DNA of 64,000 nucleotides from a virus. The position numbers and the translations under genes are program-made. Location of the stretch: positions 64,001 to 128,000 of IMG/VR virus record IMGVR_UViG_3300043392_000054; one strand, written 5' to 3'. Positions within the stretch are counted from its first letter, which is position 1, and each line of letters starts with the position of its first letter. Below the pieces are notes generated by a model that did no database searches, was not told where the DNA came from, and was given only the letters and a program-made list of their open reading frames with translations. Positions 18,619 to 28,689 of this stretch are shown here, one piece after another.

Positions 18619-21396
18619 TTGAGTATTTTTAGAAGCCCTTTCGAAAAGCTTAGTTTAGAAAATCAACAAGAAATAGCAGATGCTGTCTGGATTACCGCAG
18701 AGTCGGTAATGCCAGGCGGTGCGCTATTTAATAAGGTTGATGAATTAATTAGGGCTGTAAAAAAACAATCTTCTGCAAGTAGTAAAGAAAGTTCATCAGG
18801 TTCTATGGGTTCTGCCATTATGATGAAACTTTTTGGTGGAAAGGCTATGTCAGCAATAGGAAAGGGTTTACAATTAATTGTAAAAGCTCTTAATTCTTTA
18901 AAAGGAACTGCTGAAGAAACTAAAGCTAAAATGGAGGCTATTGTAATTGGAGTAGATGCAATTGCAAAAATAGGTCCATCAATTCTTAAATTTGCGGGTT
19001 ATATGGCATTAGCAGCACCTTTATTAATCATAGGTGCTATTACTTCCCCTTTATTTGCACTTAGTGTATATTTAATTACAAAAGCTATTCAATTTGGAAC
19101 TAAGCCTTTAGCTGATGAAAAAACAAAGTTAGCTCTTGAAGGATTAAAAGATGTTGCAATAGCAATTTTAGCTTTAGGTGTTGCAATGGTTTTAGCTGTA
19201 CCATTATATGGATATGGTATTAAATCTCTTCCATATATAGCATTAACGTTAGTAGTTTTAGGAGGAGCATTTTTTGTATTAGATAAATTAGGAATTGCAG
19301 ATTCAATTAAGAAGGTTTCAATTGGTCTTATGTTTGCATCGGCCGCAATTGTAACTCTTTCGTTAGGTCTATTCTTTGCCTCTATGATTTTAGATGCTAT
19401 TCCAGATAAATGGACTACTTTATTTCAAGTTGCTGGAATAGTTTTAGCAGTTGGATTAATATTTTTTATTGTTGGTAAAGGAGCGGCTTCAATTATACAA
19501 GGCGCAATAGCAATGACTCTTGCCGTAATTCCAATTGCATTATTAGGATTATCTATTGGTTTATTCTCGGCAATGGTACCTCCAACTGAAGAAGGTTGGA
19601 TTATGTTAGCTCAAGTGGGCGCTGCATTATTAGGCATTGGAGCTTTAATGGCACTTGCAGGTACAGTAGCACCATTTATTTTAGCTGGTGCTGTTGCAAT
19701 GGGAGTAGCAGGATTAGCTCTTTTATTTATTGCAGGTGGAGTTGCAGCATTTGCTCAATTATTTAAAACAGGTGGATTAGAAAATTTATTAGCTGATTCA
19801 GGTCACGTAACTGATTCCTTTTTAGGCTTTGGCGGTGGTAGAATGATGTCCAAAATGGAATACTTTATGTATTCATTAGCTAATTCATTCTTATTAAATC
19901 CATTAGCTATTGCATCTATGTATGCTTCTGCTCCAGCTATGATTTTAGTAGGTCTTTCTTTATTAAGTGTTGCAAAGGGTATTGAAGCTTTTCAAAGACT
20001 TAAAATAAATTATGACGTTTTACCAAATCAAATAGAAAAAGTTACGACTGTTTTAGCTAATACATTTGGTAAAATTGGTTCTAAATTCCCAGGCGGTAGA
20101 AATTTCTTATCGTTTGTTGGCCTTGGCTCTCAATCTGCTGTAGCAGACGGTATAGATGCCGTATTAGGAATGGGTAATGCTTTAGGTTCTATTGCTGAAG
20201 GTTTAGTAGCAATGGCATCTTTAAAATTCCCGATTTATCAAGGCACTAAAATTGTTGGTTATAAAACTATGACTAGTGATACCTTTACTAAAGTATCAGT
20301 AAATGCAAGCATGATAACCAATGTATTAGCTGATGTATTTGGAGAAATTGGAAGAAAGTATCCAGGTGGTAGAAACTTATTTGGTCTGGGTTCAGGTCAA
20401 TCTGACGTTGTTGATGGAGTTAATGCTGTTACAGGTATGGGAGATGCTGTAGCTGAAATAGCGAAAGGTGCTCAATTAATGGCAGACCTAAAATTCCCAG
20501 TTTATGATAGTAACGGGAAAATTGTAAGCTATCATTCTTTAGATGCAAATGCTTTACAAAGAATCAAAACTAATACTCAAAGTTTAGCATTGGGCTTTAC
20601 AGCAGTGTTCGGTTCTATTGGTAAAAGCCCAGATGCTGAAGATAGTTGGGGTTGGTTTGGTAAATCTAATATTGAAAGAGGTATTTCATTAGTAGAAGAT
20701 TTTTCAAACCCTATTCATAAATTAGTTCAAACTGCAACTTTAATTGTTTCTAATAAATTAGACCCTGCAGCTTTAAAATCTAAAATTACAGGTATAATAG
20801 ATGCATTTACAACAGCTTATGCTAAAGTTGGAACTGCCAAAGAAGTAGATGCAGGTTTAGTATCGTTAACAGGTTTATTAGCTGATAATTTAAAGAGAGT
20901 AAGTGATAATGCAAATGGCTTTAGTAGATTTGTTGACAGTTATGGTAGATATGTAAATCACTTTGTTAAATTTAAAGATACTGTAAATCAATTCGATAAA
21001 GAGAATTTAAAATTAACAAATGAATTATTCCAAGGTTTAACATATTTAACTAAGACCGATGACGCTATCGAAAAAATGGGAGAACAATTAGTTTCTGCTA
21101 TTGATAAATTAGCAACAATGATTGAAGAAGCCAAAACAACAATTACAGCTTCTGGTGAAAAGCAAGCCGGCGTTATGGAAACAGTTGGAAATGCTGTTAC
21201 AACTGGTATGAATACTGTTAAAGGAGCATTAGGCGTAACACCTGATACTCCAGCCACAAAAGACCCTAAAGCAAAAGACCCTAAGGGAGCAACACCTGCC
21301 GCAAGTACAAATGTTGATGGATTAATTGCTTCAATGAATGAATTAATTGCAAGATTAGATAGTTCTGCAAATCCTATTAGAGTTAGACAAGTTTAA
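18619..21396 (+). CDS. tape measure protein
   Basis: 925 aa, A/G/L-rich with a long hydrophobic stretch and ~90-aa repeats; follows the chaperones; late box at 18591. Confidence 0.8.
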   Translation: MSIFRSPFEKLSLENQQEIADAVWITAESVMPGGALFNKVDELIRAVKKQSSASSKESSSGSMGSAIMMKLFGGKAMSAIGKGLQLIVKALNSLKGTAEETKAKMEAIVIGVDAIAKIGPSILKFAGYMALAAPLLIIGAITSPLFALSVYLITKAIQFGTKPLADEKTKLALEGLKDVAIAILALGVAMVLAVPLYGYGIKSLPYIALTLVVLGGAFFVLDKLGIADSIKKVSIGLMFASAAIVTLSLGLFFASMILDAIPDKWTTLFQVAGIVLAVGLIFFIVGKGAASIIQGAIAMTLAVIPIALLGLSIGLFSAMVPPTEEGWIMLAQVGAALLGIGALMALAGTVAPFILAGAVAMGVAGLALLFIAGGVAAFAQLFKTGGLENLLADSGHVTDSFLGFGGGRMMSKMEYFMYSLANSFLLNPLAIASMYASAPAMILVGLSLLSVAKGIEAFQRLKINYDVLPNQIEKVTTVLANTFGKIGSKFPGGRNFLSFVGLGSQSAVADGIDAVLGMGNALGSIAEGLVAMASLKFPIYQGTKIVGYKTMTSDTFTKVSVNASMITNVLADVFGEIGRKYPGGRNLFGLGSGQSDVVDGVNAVTGMGDAVAEIAKGAQLMADLKFPVYDSNGKIVSYHSLDANALQRIKTNTQSLALGFTAVFGSIGKSPDAEDSWGWFGKSNIERGISLVEDFSNPIHKLVQTATLIVSNKLDPAALKSKITGIIDAFTTAYAKVGTAKEVDAGLVSLTGLLADNLKRVSDNANGFSRFVDSYGRYVNHFVKFKDTVNQFDKENLKLTNELFQGLTYLTKTDDAIEKMGEQLVSAIDKLATMIEEAKTTITASGEKQAGVMETVGNAVTTGMNTVKGALGVTPDTPATKDPKAKDPKGATPAASTNVDGLIASMNELIARLDSSANPIRVRQV
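20041..20700 (+). repeat. three ~90-91-aa repeats within the tape measure gene
   Basis: FG(K/E/S)IG units start at 20068, 20341 and 20611; the first two share PGGRN...QS.V.DG..AV.GMG.A...IA.G...MA.LKFP.Y. Confidence 0.8.
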
Positions 21397-21407
21397 ATCA
21401 GCTATAT

Positions 21408-22349
21408 ATGAAAGGCGTTCATGTTAATTGGACTCGGCCATTTTTTGAAAGACATCGTTTAAGAGGTCATGGTTTCAAAATACAAAGAGAGTTACAGGAT
21501 TCATATACTCAACCAACTTATCAAATTCTTTATACTATTTTATCAATATTAAGATGGAAACAATTTAACGGGCCCATTAAATTATACACTGACACAATAG
21601 GTTTACAATTCTATAAATCTATTGGAATTGATAAACTATATGATGAAATCAATACCGAGATTTTAGATAATTACACTGAAATTGATGCTGCTCATTTTTG
21701 GACTTCAGGCAAAATTCATTGTCTACAATTTGAAACTGAACCGTTTACATTTTTAGACCAAGATTTTATAGTTAGAGGTAAAATACCAAGTCATTCAACT
21801 GATATTGCTATAGGCCATTGGGAAATACCTAGAGGTTATTATTATTTTACAAGAGAACAATTTGATAGAGAAGTAAGTCATTATAAACTACCGGATGATT
21901 ATAATCCTAACGCATGGATTCCTAATACTTCGTTTATGCAAATTAATAATATAGAAGTTATTAAGAATTATGTTGAAGAACATAAAAAGATGGTAAGTAC
22001 TAATGAAGATGTACCCGAATGGTTTTGGTTGCTAACTGACCAGGGTGTATTAGGTCATACTATAAGACATTTTAATTATTCCGTAGATTCTTTAACAGAT
22101 AAAATATTTTTAAGCGACTCAGACTATGGGAATGAATCCACGAGAGCACAAGGCCTTTCAGAGGCTTGGTATTATCCAATGAATGCTAATTTAGACAAAG
22201 ATTCTTTAGAATGGGAGCATGTTTGGTTAGCAAAAGTAGTCTATGGTTTAAATCCTGATTTTTTAGCACAAGATATAAAAAGATTTAGAGATGAAATTTG
22301 GCATGTGTTTCCAGAACATCGAGAATTGTTGCTGATAAATAACTTATGA
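21408..22349 (+). CDS. glycosyltransferase-like protein (DUF6734-like, GT-A DxD)
   Basis: IKLYTD...WTSGKI...EPFTFLDQDF pattern. Confidence 0.55.
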   Translation: MKGVHVNWTRPFFERHRLRGHGFKIQRELQDSYTQPTYQILYTILSILRWKQFNGPIKLYTDTIGLQFYKSIGIDKLYDEINTEILDNYTEIDAAHFWTSGKIHCLQFETEPFTFLDQDFIVRGKIPSHSTDIAIGHWEIPRGYYYFTREQFDREVSHYKLPDDYNPNAWIPNTSFMQINNIEVIKNYVEEHKKMVSTNEDVPEWFWLLTDQGVLGHTIRHFNYSVDSLTDKIFLSDSDYGNESTRAQGLSEAWYYPMNANLDKDSLEWEHVWLAKVVYGLNPDFLAQDIKRFRDEIWHVFPEHRELLLINNL

Positions 22350-23122
22350 TACCTATAATTAGAGTGTTTTGGGGTTCTCAAGAATCTATATGGAATGAAG
22401 TACCATTAAATCCTTTATTTGACGAAGAACTAGTTATAGTTTGGGGCATTGAAAATGAGGATAGATTCAAATCAATGGGCTATAAAACATATTTAATGGC
22501 TAGAACTGAAAGTGAACCTGAATTTAGTACTATTTGGGACCATTTTGCTCATAAGTTAATGGCTCTTAAAGTCGCTGAAGACCTATATGAAGAGTATTTG
22601 TTTTTAGATTGGGATGTACAAATAGTTAAACCATTAGATTTTCATTTTTGGAATTTAATTAAAAATGGAAAAGCAGTTCAATGTCCTTTATATGCTTATC
22701 CACTAAATTATGAAAAATCAGTTATTAATTTAATAGATTCTACACCTGAAAAAAATTGGGACCCTAATTTAAAACCCTGGTTACGTAAACAGATTCAAAC
22801 CTTAAATTTATATCATTGGAGTTTAGATAATTTATTAGTAGTGCCTAATTTTTGTTTCTTTTATTCAAGAAGGTCTGAGATTATGAATAATTTACTCCAC
22901 ATATATAAAAAATTAGAAATTAAAACTTGTATTGAAGAGTTTTCATTTTTAGTTTGGGCTAATTGTAATATGGATGAATATATTTTAAAATATGAACCAT
23001 CAGTTATAGATGGTCGACCAGATGAATATAGTCATTTTGATATACAATCTAACGTGTCTAAGCAGATTAATCAATACACTAGAAAATTTATTAATAAAGA
23101 TATTTACTTAAAGCATATATAA
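22346..23122 (+). CDS. GT-A fold glycosyltransferase-like protein
   Basis: IIRVFWG, HKLMAL...YLFLDWDV (DxD). Confidence 0.55.
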   Translation: MIPIIRVFWGSQESIWNEVPLNPLFDEELVIVWGIENEDRFKSMGYKTYLMARTESEPEFSTIWDHFAHKLMALKVAEDLYEEYLFLDWDVQIVKPLDFHFWNLIKNGKAVQCPLYAYPLNYEKSVINLIDSTPEKNWDPNLKPWLRKQIQTLNLYHWSLDNLLVVPNFCFFYSRRSEIMNNLLHIYKKLEIKTCIEEFSFLVWANCNMDEYILKYEPSVIDGRPDEYSHFDIQSNVSKQINQYTRKFINKDIYLKHI

Positions 23123-23833
23123 ATGTATTTTAAAAAACCATTAATAGATACGGATACTCCAGATATTAAATATTTGGCTCCAATTCCAGTTTATCAACAT
23201 CAGTTTGAAGATGATGAGTTCCATAAGAGGGTTTATGATTTTGGATTTAATTATCTAGATGAAAAACAACGTTTAATGGGACAAGAATTACCAGGTCAAT
23301 TTGATACTGAAAGACAAGAAAACTTTCAGGTTTGGTATGACCGACAAGATGAATGGGTTGAAGAAAATGAATTACAACCAATTGGTAGTAGATTTTGGAC
23401 ACCGCCTAATGATTTTCTAGAGGTTGATAACCCAGATGTTAAAATAATTAGGGATAGAATTGAACAAGGTTATTTATACCTAATAGAATCTTTAGGCTAT
23501 ACACACAATTCAAAACCAATAATCACTGAAAGCTGGATGCAATACTATGACCCATATAGTGGTCGTGGTCACAATGCACATAATCATTGCAGATGGAGCC
23601 CTGATGAGGCAAAACCAATGATGTTTTCTGGTGGCTATTATTTATCAGATGGTCAACCTATTAAAGACCATCCGTATTCTGGAGTTTTTGCATTTCATAT
23701 TAGAGGTATGAAACACTTTATAAGACCTAAAAGAGGTATGCTAATTATTTGGCCTTATGATATTGTGCATTCGGTAGAACCATTTTATGGAGCCGAGCAT
23801 AGATGTGTAATAAATTTTAATATTCAAATATAA
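23123..23833 (+). CDS. 2OG-Fe(II) oxygenase
   Basis: ESW, HNAHNH, FSGGYYL, PKRGMLIIWP..IVHSVEP, R.VINFN. Confidence 0.8.
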   Translation: MYFKKPLIDTDTPDIKYLAPIPVYQHQFEDDEFHKRVYDFGFNYLDEKQRLMGQELPGQFDTERQENFQVWYDRQDEWVEENELQPIGSRFWTPPNDFLEVDNPDVKIIRDRIEQGYLYLIESLGYTHNSKPIITESWMQYYDPYSGRGHNAHNHCRWSPDEAKPMMFSGGYYLSDGQPIKDHPYSGVFAFHIRGMKHFIRPKRGMLIIWPYDIVHSVEPFYGAEHRCVINFNIQI

Positions 23834-23836
23834 TTT

Positions 23837-23865
23837 TGAAACAAAATAGTTTATCCTGGTATAAT
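23837..23865 (+). promoter_or_regulatory. class II promoter upstream of tRNA-Ser
   Basis: TGAAAC 23837-42, 17 nt, TATAAT 23860-65; late box GATATATA at 23881. Confidence 0.65.
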
Positions 23866-23906
23866 TAAAGTAATTAATCAGATATATAGATTAGTTACTT
23901 AAACTA

Positions 23907-23991
23907 GGAGAGTTGGCAGAGCGGTCGAACGCGTCGGTCTTGAAAACCGAAGACTGTAACAGGTCCGGGGGTTCGAATCCCTCACTCTCCT
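23907..23991 (+). tRNA. tRNA-Ser(TGA), no encoded CCA
   Basis: GGAGAGT/ACTCTCC acceptor, TCGGT-CTTGAAA-ACCGA anticodon arm, long variable arm, GTTCGAATC T-loop. Confidence 0.95.
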
Positions 23992-23992
23992 C

Positions 23993-24021
23993 AGGACTTA
24001 ATGAAAATTAAGTCCTTTTTT
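23993..24021 (+). terminator. intrinsic terminator after tRNA-Ser
   Basis: AGGACTTAAT-GAAA-ATTAAGTCCT perfect stem plus T-tract. Confidence 0.85.
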
Positions 24022-24063
24022 ATTTAAAGTGGTGCCACACTTAAAAGAGGTCCTGAGTCAATA

Positions 24064-24924
24064 ATGGCTTTAGAATTGTTGCAAAGCAATAAAAGGATTT
24101 TAATAAAACAAATAAGCACTATGAGTACAAATAAACCAAGCGCACATATTGCGCTTAACAACAATCGTCTTAAGGCGTATGCCGATGTCATCTATCTTAA
24201 AGATGGCGATGAGTTTCAAATCGAACTCTTTAATCCTTGTCAAGTCTCAGTACTTGCAAAAATTTACATCAACGATAATCTAATTTCTACATCTGGTATG
24301 TTAATCAGACCAGGCCAAAGATATTTTTTAGAGCGTTATATTGATGATAATAAAAAATTTAAGTTCAATACTTATACCGTAGATTCGGGTACTACACCTG
24401 AAGTTTTAGAATCAATTAAGAAAAATGGTTCAATTCGCGTTGATTTTTATAGAGAATATGTTCCTACTCCAATTTTTGACTATAAAAATATTTGGCAAAC
24501 TGGTACAGCAGCTCCAATTAATATCTTTAAATCAAACGATATAAATTATAGTTATTATAATTCTATAAATTATGATTCTGTAAAGAGTTCCGGCACCTTA
24601 ACTTCATCTACATACAATTCAGTTAATACCTCTAATACAAGTGGTATTAATACTAAAATTATTGGTAATGGATTTCATGTTGATAATGTTGAAAAATCAG
24701 TAGAAACTGGTAGAATTGAAGGTGGGTCAAAATCATCTCAAACATTTAGTACAATTAAATCTGATTTTGAACAAATTGCATGTGCAACTTCAGAATGGAA
24801 AATTTTACCAGATTCTCATCGTCCAATTGAGGTTAAGGAGATTAGAAATTATTGTTCTAATTGTGGAACCAGAATGAAGAAACAAAGTTGGAAGTTTTGC
24901 CCTAATTGTGGTGAAAAATTATAA
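24064..24924 (+). CDS. hypothetical protein with C-terminal double CxxC zinc ribbon
   Basis: YCSNCG...FCPNCG; likely start ATG 24121. Confidence 0.8.
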   Translation: MALELLQSNKRILIKQISTMSTNKPSAHIALNNNRLKAYADVIYLKDGDEFQIELFNPCQVSVLAKIYINDNLISTSGMLIRPGQRYFLERYIDDNKKFKFNTYTVDSGTTPEVLESIKKNGSIRVDFYREYVPTPIFDYKNIWQTGTAAPINIFKSNDINYSYYNSINYDSVKSSGTLTSSTYNSVNTSNTSGINTKIIGNGFHVDNVEKSVETGRIEGGSKSSQTFSTIKSDFEQIACATSEWKILPDSHRPIEVKEIRNYCSNCGTRMKKQSWKFCPNCGEKL

Positions 24925-24933
24925 TAAATAATA

Positions 24934-25521
24934 GTGATGGCACCACTTAAATTTATTCTACTCTCTTCTTTTTTATTTTTAGGACTCAATTTCCCAGATA
25001 CTGTATTAGTTAAAAATGATGTTTATTCAATTGAATATTCTGAAAAGCTAGAACAACCTGTTAATATTGAATATACCGTAGATTGTTCTCATGCATCGGG
25101 TATAATTTATTCTAGATTTGGTATGAACTTTTATACTGAAAAAGGAATTAAAACATCTGATGATAATGATTACAAAAGTAATATTTGGGATAGAGGTCAC
25201 ATGGCACCAGCTGCAGATTTTAGCTGTGATTTAGATAAATTAAAGAAAACGTTTTCATATGTTAATTGTGCATTACAACATAAAGACCTAAATAGAGGAG
25301 CATGGAAAGACTTAGAAGAATATGAAAGAGAACTTGCATTTAAGTCTATAGTAAGTATTAAGATACAAGTAGAATTTAATCAAAGTAAAACATTAAGCAC
25401 AGGAGCAACTATTCCATCAGGATTTACAAAAACTATTTTCATAAACGGTAAATTTTACCAATCTTATTATTTTCCAAATAGCAAACCCATTCAATCTTTT
25501 GAAAAATATTTAGTAAAATAA
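24934..25521 (+). CDS. DNA/RNA non-specific endonuclease (NucA-like) with signal peptide
   Basis: WDRGHMAPAADF, TFSYVNCALQHKDLNRGAWKDLE, IPSGFTK; hydrophobic N-terminus. Confidence 0.92.
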   Translation: MMAPLKFILLSSFLFLGLNFPDTVLVKNDVYSIEYSEKLEQPVNIEYTVDCSHASGIIYSRFGMNFYTEKGIKTSDDNDYKSNIWDRGHMAPAADFSCDLDKLKKTFSYVNCALQHKDLNRGAWKDLEEYERELAFKSIVSIKIQVEFNQSKTLSTGATIPSGFTKTIFINGKFYQSYYFPNSKPIQSFEKYLVK

Positions 25522-25523
25522 TT

Positions 25524-25570
25524 GCTCAAATATTTTTTATTGTCTAGGTTTTTTAGTAGATTTACAGTAT
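25524..25570 (+). promoter_or_regulatory. class I promoter
   Basis: AAATATTTTTTATTGTC...TAGATTTACAGTAT. Confidence 0.7.
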
Positions 25571-25594
25571 ACTAATAATTAAACCAACAATATT

Positions 25595-25936
25595 ATGTCA
25601 ATTAAAGCACGTTTACTTGGATTAAAAGAGGTTACTTCGCAAACTCAAGCTAATAATGGTACAGTTTGTTATTATGACCCTATCACAAAATGTGATTACA
25701 TAAGCTATGAAAGCGGTTATGTTCGTCGTAAATATTCTGCTAAACATTGGAGAACTGGTAGAACTATCTTTACAATGTATCAATTAAATAAAACTCGTAC
25801 AGTACAACGTGAATTAAGTTGGATTCCAGGTAAACTAGTTGATTGCACTGAGCGTATTTTGGAAATGGATGCAGATAAACGCATGGATATTATTTGTCGA
25901 GCAGCTGTAAATTATCGTAAACACCTTAGTAAATAA
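25595..25936 (+). CDS. hypothetical protein
   Basis: 113-aa ORF behind class I promoter. Confidence 0.8.
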   Translation: MSIKARLLGLKEVTSQTQANNGTVCYYDPITKCDYISYESGYVRRKYSAKHWRTGRTIFTMYQLNKTRTVQRELSWIPGKLVDCTERILEMDADKRMDIICRAAVNYRKHLSK

Positions 25937-25940
25937 TAAG

Positions 25941-26279
25941 ATGGATATTTTTGAAATACCACAAGAGAATCCACATGGCTTTTTTGCAATGCTAACCTTA
26001 AACAATACAACATATGTTTGTCCAGGTTGGCACAAAGTTCCATTAGGCACAAAGCGCGAACAGATTAAGTTAATTAATTTAAATCCAACTCCAATTCAAA
26101 CAGTAAAACCAACATCTTTACAAAAAGTTTTTAAGGTAGAAGGTTCTAAACAAGGTGTAATATATGATGTTAAAGTTTTTAATGGTAATTGGACTTGTAA
26201 TTGTCCAGCTTCTAAATGGAGTAGAAGTGAATGCAAGCACATTAGAAAATTAAAAGAATCTGAAAAAATAAACGCTTAA
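25941..26279 (+). CDS. SWIM-type zinc finger protein
   Basis: WTCNCPA...CKHI. Confidence 0.75.
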   Translation: MDIFEIPQENPHGFFAMLTLNNTTYVCPGWHKVPLGTKREQIKLINLNPTPIQTVKPTSLQKVFKVEGSKQGVIYDVKVFNGNWTCNCPASKWSRSECKHIRKLKESEKINA

Positions 26280-26320
26280 ATATTTTTTATTGTCAGAAAA
26301 ATTGATTAGATTTACAGTAT
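26278..26320 (+). promoter_or_regulatory. class I promoter
   Basis: AAATATTTTTTATTGTC...TAGATTTACAGTAT, ends identical to the 25524 copy. Confidence 0.7.
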
Positions 26321-26332
26321 AACAAAAAAGAT

Positions 26333-26551
26333 ATGAAAAACACAATCGTAACCTTATTAGACAAAAAAGAAGAACTTGAACATTCTTTAGCAGAAACACG
26401 CAAATTCTTAGAAGAAGGCGGTTTTAAATTATTTGCAGTATTTAATGGCACTCTAGTTAAAACTATTGATATGATGTCTCAAGACTTAGAGAAAATCAAT
26501 GAAGAATTAAGAGAAGCTATACAAGATGTAGACACTTACGAATGTATCTAA
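26333..26551 (+). CDS. hypothetical coiled-coil protein
   Basis: 72-aa ORF behind promoter. Confidence 0.7.
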   Translation: MKNTIVTLLDKKEELEHSLAETRKFLEEGGFKLFAVFNGTLVKTIDMMSQDLEKINEELREAIQDVDTYECI

Positions 26552-26556
26552 AAAAT

Positions 26557-27384
26557 ATGAAATTTTTAATTATACCAATTTCATTTATCCTATTTAATTG
26601 CACTGTTCCAGAAGCGATTGAAACTAATCCAGTTGTAGAAACAAAACCTGCAACTGGCATTAATTATTCAACAGCTACGCTTAATGGTGCTTTAATAGAT
26701 GAGGGCTGTATGTGCTCTGCGATTAATAGAGGTTTTGTTTATTCTGAGAGTAAAAAAGACCTATTAAATGGAACTTTAGTTAATGCTGGTAACGGTAATA
26801 AAGGTCCTATTTCCTTTAAGTTAGAAAATCTTAAAAAGGATACCAAGTATTATTTCAATACTTATGCTATTAATTCAACTGGAAAAATTTACGGTATAAT
26901 CGATAGTTTTATTACAAAACCTAAAATAATTGATAGCTTAATTATTAAACCGGGAGCATCTTGGGAATATAAGCTAGTTACGCCAGAAACTGGTTGGACT
27001 ATGGCTTATGGTACTTGGCCTAAAGGTAATGCACCATTTGGAAATCTTAAATCAACAAACCCAAGCGATTCATCATTTTTATTTAGTTATAATACTCTAT
27101 GGCCAGCTAAAAAAGTCTTATATGTTAGAAATAAAGTAGATTTAACTGAATATGACTTAAAGAGCATTAGATTTAGCATAGCTGTTGATAATGGTTACGA
27201 GTTAATTGTAAATGGCAAACTTGTCTCTAAAAAATACGCAAATTTCTATACTTATAGATGGGAGTATAGTGAAATCATACCTTCTTCATTCTTAAAAGAC
27301 GGAGAAAATATAATAGCCATAATCTTAACAGACGATGGAGGATACACTGCATTTGATATGCAATTAACTGGAAAAGCCCGATGA
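26557..27384 (+). CDS. lipoprotein with FN3-like and galactose-binding-like domains
   Basis: MKFLIIPISFILFNC lipobox (start moved from 26542); ATLNG...RGFVYS...LKKDTKYYFNTYAINSTG; AVDNG..L.VNGK, LKDGENIIAI. Confidence 0.65.
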   Translation: MKFLIIPISFILFNCTVPEAIETNPVVETKPATGINYSTATLNGALIDEGCMCSAINRGFVYSESKKDLLNGTLVNAGNGNKGPISFKLENLKKDTKYYFNTYAINSTGKIYGIIDSFITKPKIIDSLIIKPGASWEYKLVTPETGWTMAYGTWPKGNAPFGNLKSTNPSDSSFLFSYNTLWPAKKVLYVRNKVDLTEYDLKSIRFSIAVDNGYELIVNGKLVSKKYANFYTYRWEYSEIIPSSFLKDGENIIAIILTDDGGYTAFDMQLTGKAR

Positions 27385-28118
27385 GATACTTACTAATCTT
27401 ACTATTAATTTCGCAGGTTTCATATAGTAAACCGAAACATTATTCTAGAATAGTAACAACGCCTAGATTTGCAATATTTAGAGCTGACCCTTATTTTAGA
27501 AGATTCACGCCAATTAAATCCTTTTCAATACAAACTGGAGGTTCTGGTTATTTTGGAGACATTGCACCATTTAAAGTATATGGCACCACTGCTCTTAAAT
27601 CAGTTAGACCAAATTTAGGTGTAGAATATGCCCATAAGTTTAAAAAGAACTTAAGCTATAGAATCAATTTAAATTGGATTCAAATCTCATCAAGTGATAA
27701 GTATTATGATTCTTGTTCATCGTATACTGCTAACTTTATAAGAGGTGCTAGTTTTACAACAAATATGTTAGAATATACAACAGCATTTCAGTATGATATG
27801 CCAATTGGTAAATTTACACCTTATGTTTTTGCTGGCTTTGGTGGTTTTATTTATAATAGACCTGAAGATAAACAATTAGATGCATCTCTTTCTGTACCAG
27901 TCGGAGCTGGCATTAAAACTAAGTTAAGCGACCATTTTGATATTGGTGCAGAATTAAATTATAGATATACATCAACTGATAAATTAGATGGCATAACTGA
28001 TGATGCAAAATATACAGGACCAAAGATTCCAAGCATTATGATTGGTCCAGATTTATTCTATACCCTTCAAATCAAATTAACTTATCATTTTTTAGTTGAT
28101 ACTAATTGTCCACGTTAA
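27381..28118 (+). CDS. outer-membrane beta-barrel protein (DUF6089/PorG-like)
   Basis: Signal peptide; GGSGYFGDI; PYVFAGFG, SVPVGAGIK, IGAELNYRYT.TD.LDG, LTYHF. Confidence 0.7.
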   Translation: MRYLLILLLISQVSYSKPKHYSRIVTTPRFAIFRADPYFRRFTPIKSFSIQTGGSGYFGDIAPFKVYGTTALKSVRPNLGVEYAHKFKKNLSYRINLNWIQISSSDKYYDSCSSYTANFIRGASFTTNMLEYTTAFQYDMPIGKFTPYVFAGFGGFIYNRPEDKQLDASLSVPVGAGIKTKLSDHFDIGAELNYRYTSTDKLDGITDDAKYTGPKIPSIMIGPDLFYTLQIKLTYHFLVDTNCPR

Positions 28119-28135
28119 ATTAAACAAATATAAAT

Positions 28136-28369
28136 ATGAACAAAAATCTTTTTAAAGGACTTCTTTTTATATTAGGAAGCTTACTATTAATTTCAGTTTA
28201 TTATGTTGCTTCATCGAAAAAACAGTATCCAATTCATGTTGATGGTCAAACTGAATATCGTCGTTATGAATACGATTGCGATAGCATTGTAGGAAATTAT
28301 GCATATCGCGATGGTGTAAAATTAAAATTGGCTGGCAAAACTGAACATTTTTTCAATGAAGAAAAATAA
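28136..28369 (+). CDS. hypothetical membrane-anchored protein
   Basis: N-terminal TM segment. Confidence 0.7.
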   Translation: MNKNLFKGLLFILGSLLLISVYYVASSKKQYPIHVDGQTEYRRYEYDCDSIVGNYAYRDGVKLKLAGKTEHFFNEEK

Positions 28370-28380
28370 TTGAAAAATAA

Positions 28381-28430
28381 AGGCTTAAAAATTTTGGGTT
28401 GTCATCTTTTTTTAGTAGATTTACAGTATA
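28381..28430 (+). promoter_or_regulatory. class I promoter
   Basis: TTGTC...TAGATTTACAGTAT. Confidence 0.65.
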
Positions 28431-28449
28431 TCAATAACGAATACTAATT

Positions 28450-28689
28450 ATGATGACATTGAATCCACAAGCTGAAATGGTTTACTTACGTTCTGGTAAT
28501 GCCTATGTTGATTATACTAATCGCGTTCTTCATTTAATTACAGTTGATTCTGAGTTTAATGAAGTTATTAACTCAGTACCCTTTGACCAAGTAAATAGCA
28601 GCATATTTTTTGATTTGTCGGAAGAAGATTATAACATTCTTTATGCTGCATGTTGGGACCTTCCTCTTGAAGAAAAATCAAGTTTATAA
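28450..28689 (+). CDS. hypothetical protein
   Basis: 79-aa ORF behind promoter. Confidence 0.7.
   Translation: MMTLNPQAEMVYLRSGNAYVDYTNRVLHLITVDSEFNEVINSVPFDQVNSSIFFDLSEEDYNILYAACWDLPLEEKSSL

Noticed and set aside
23907-23991. Selenocysteine or opal-suppressor tRNA
   Set aside because: The anticodon is TGA (reads UCA, Ser), not TCA; the acceptor stem is a normal 7 bp.
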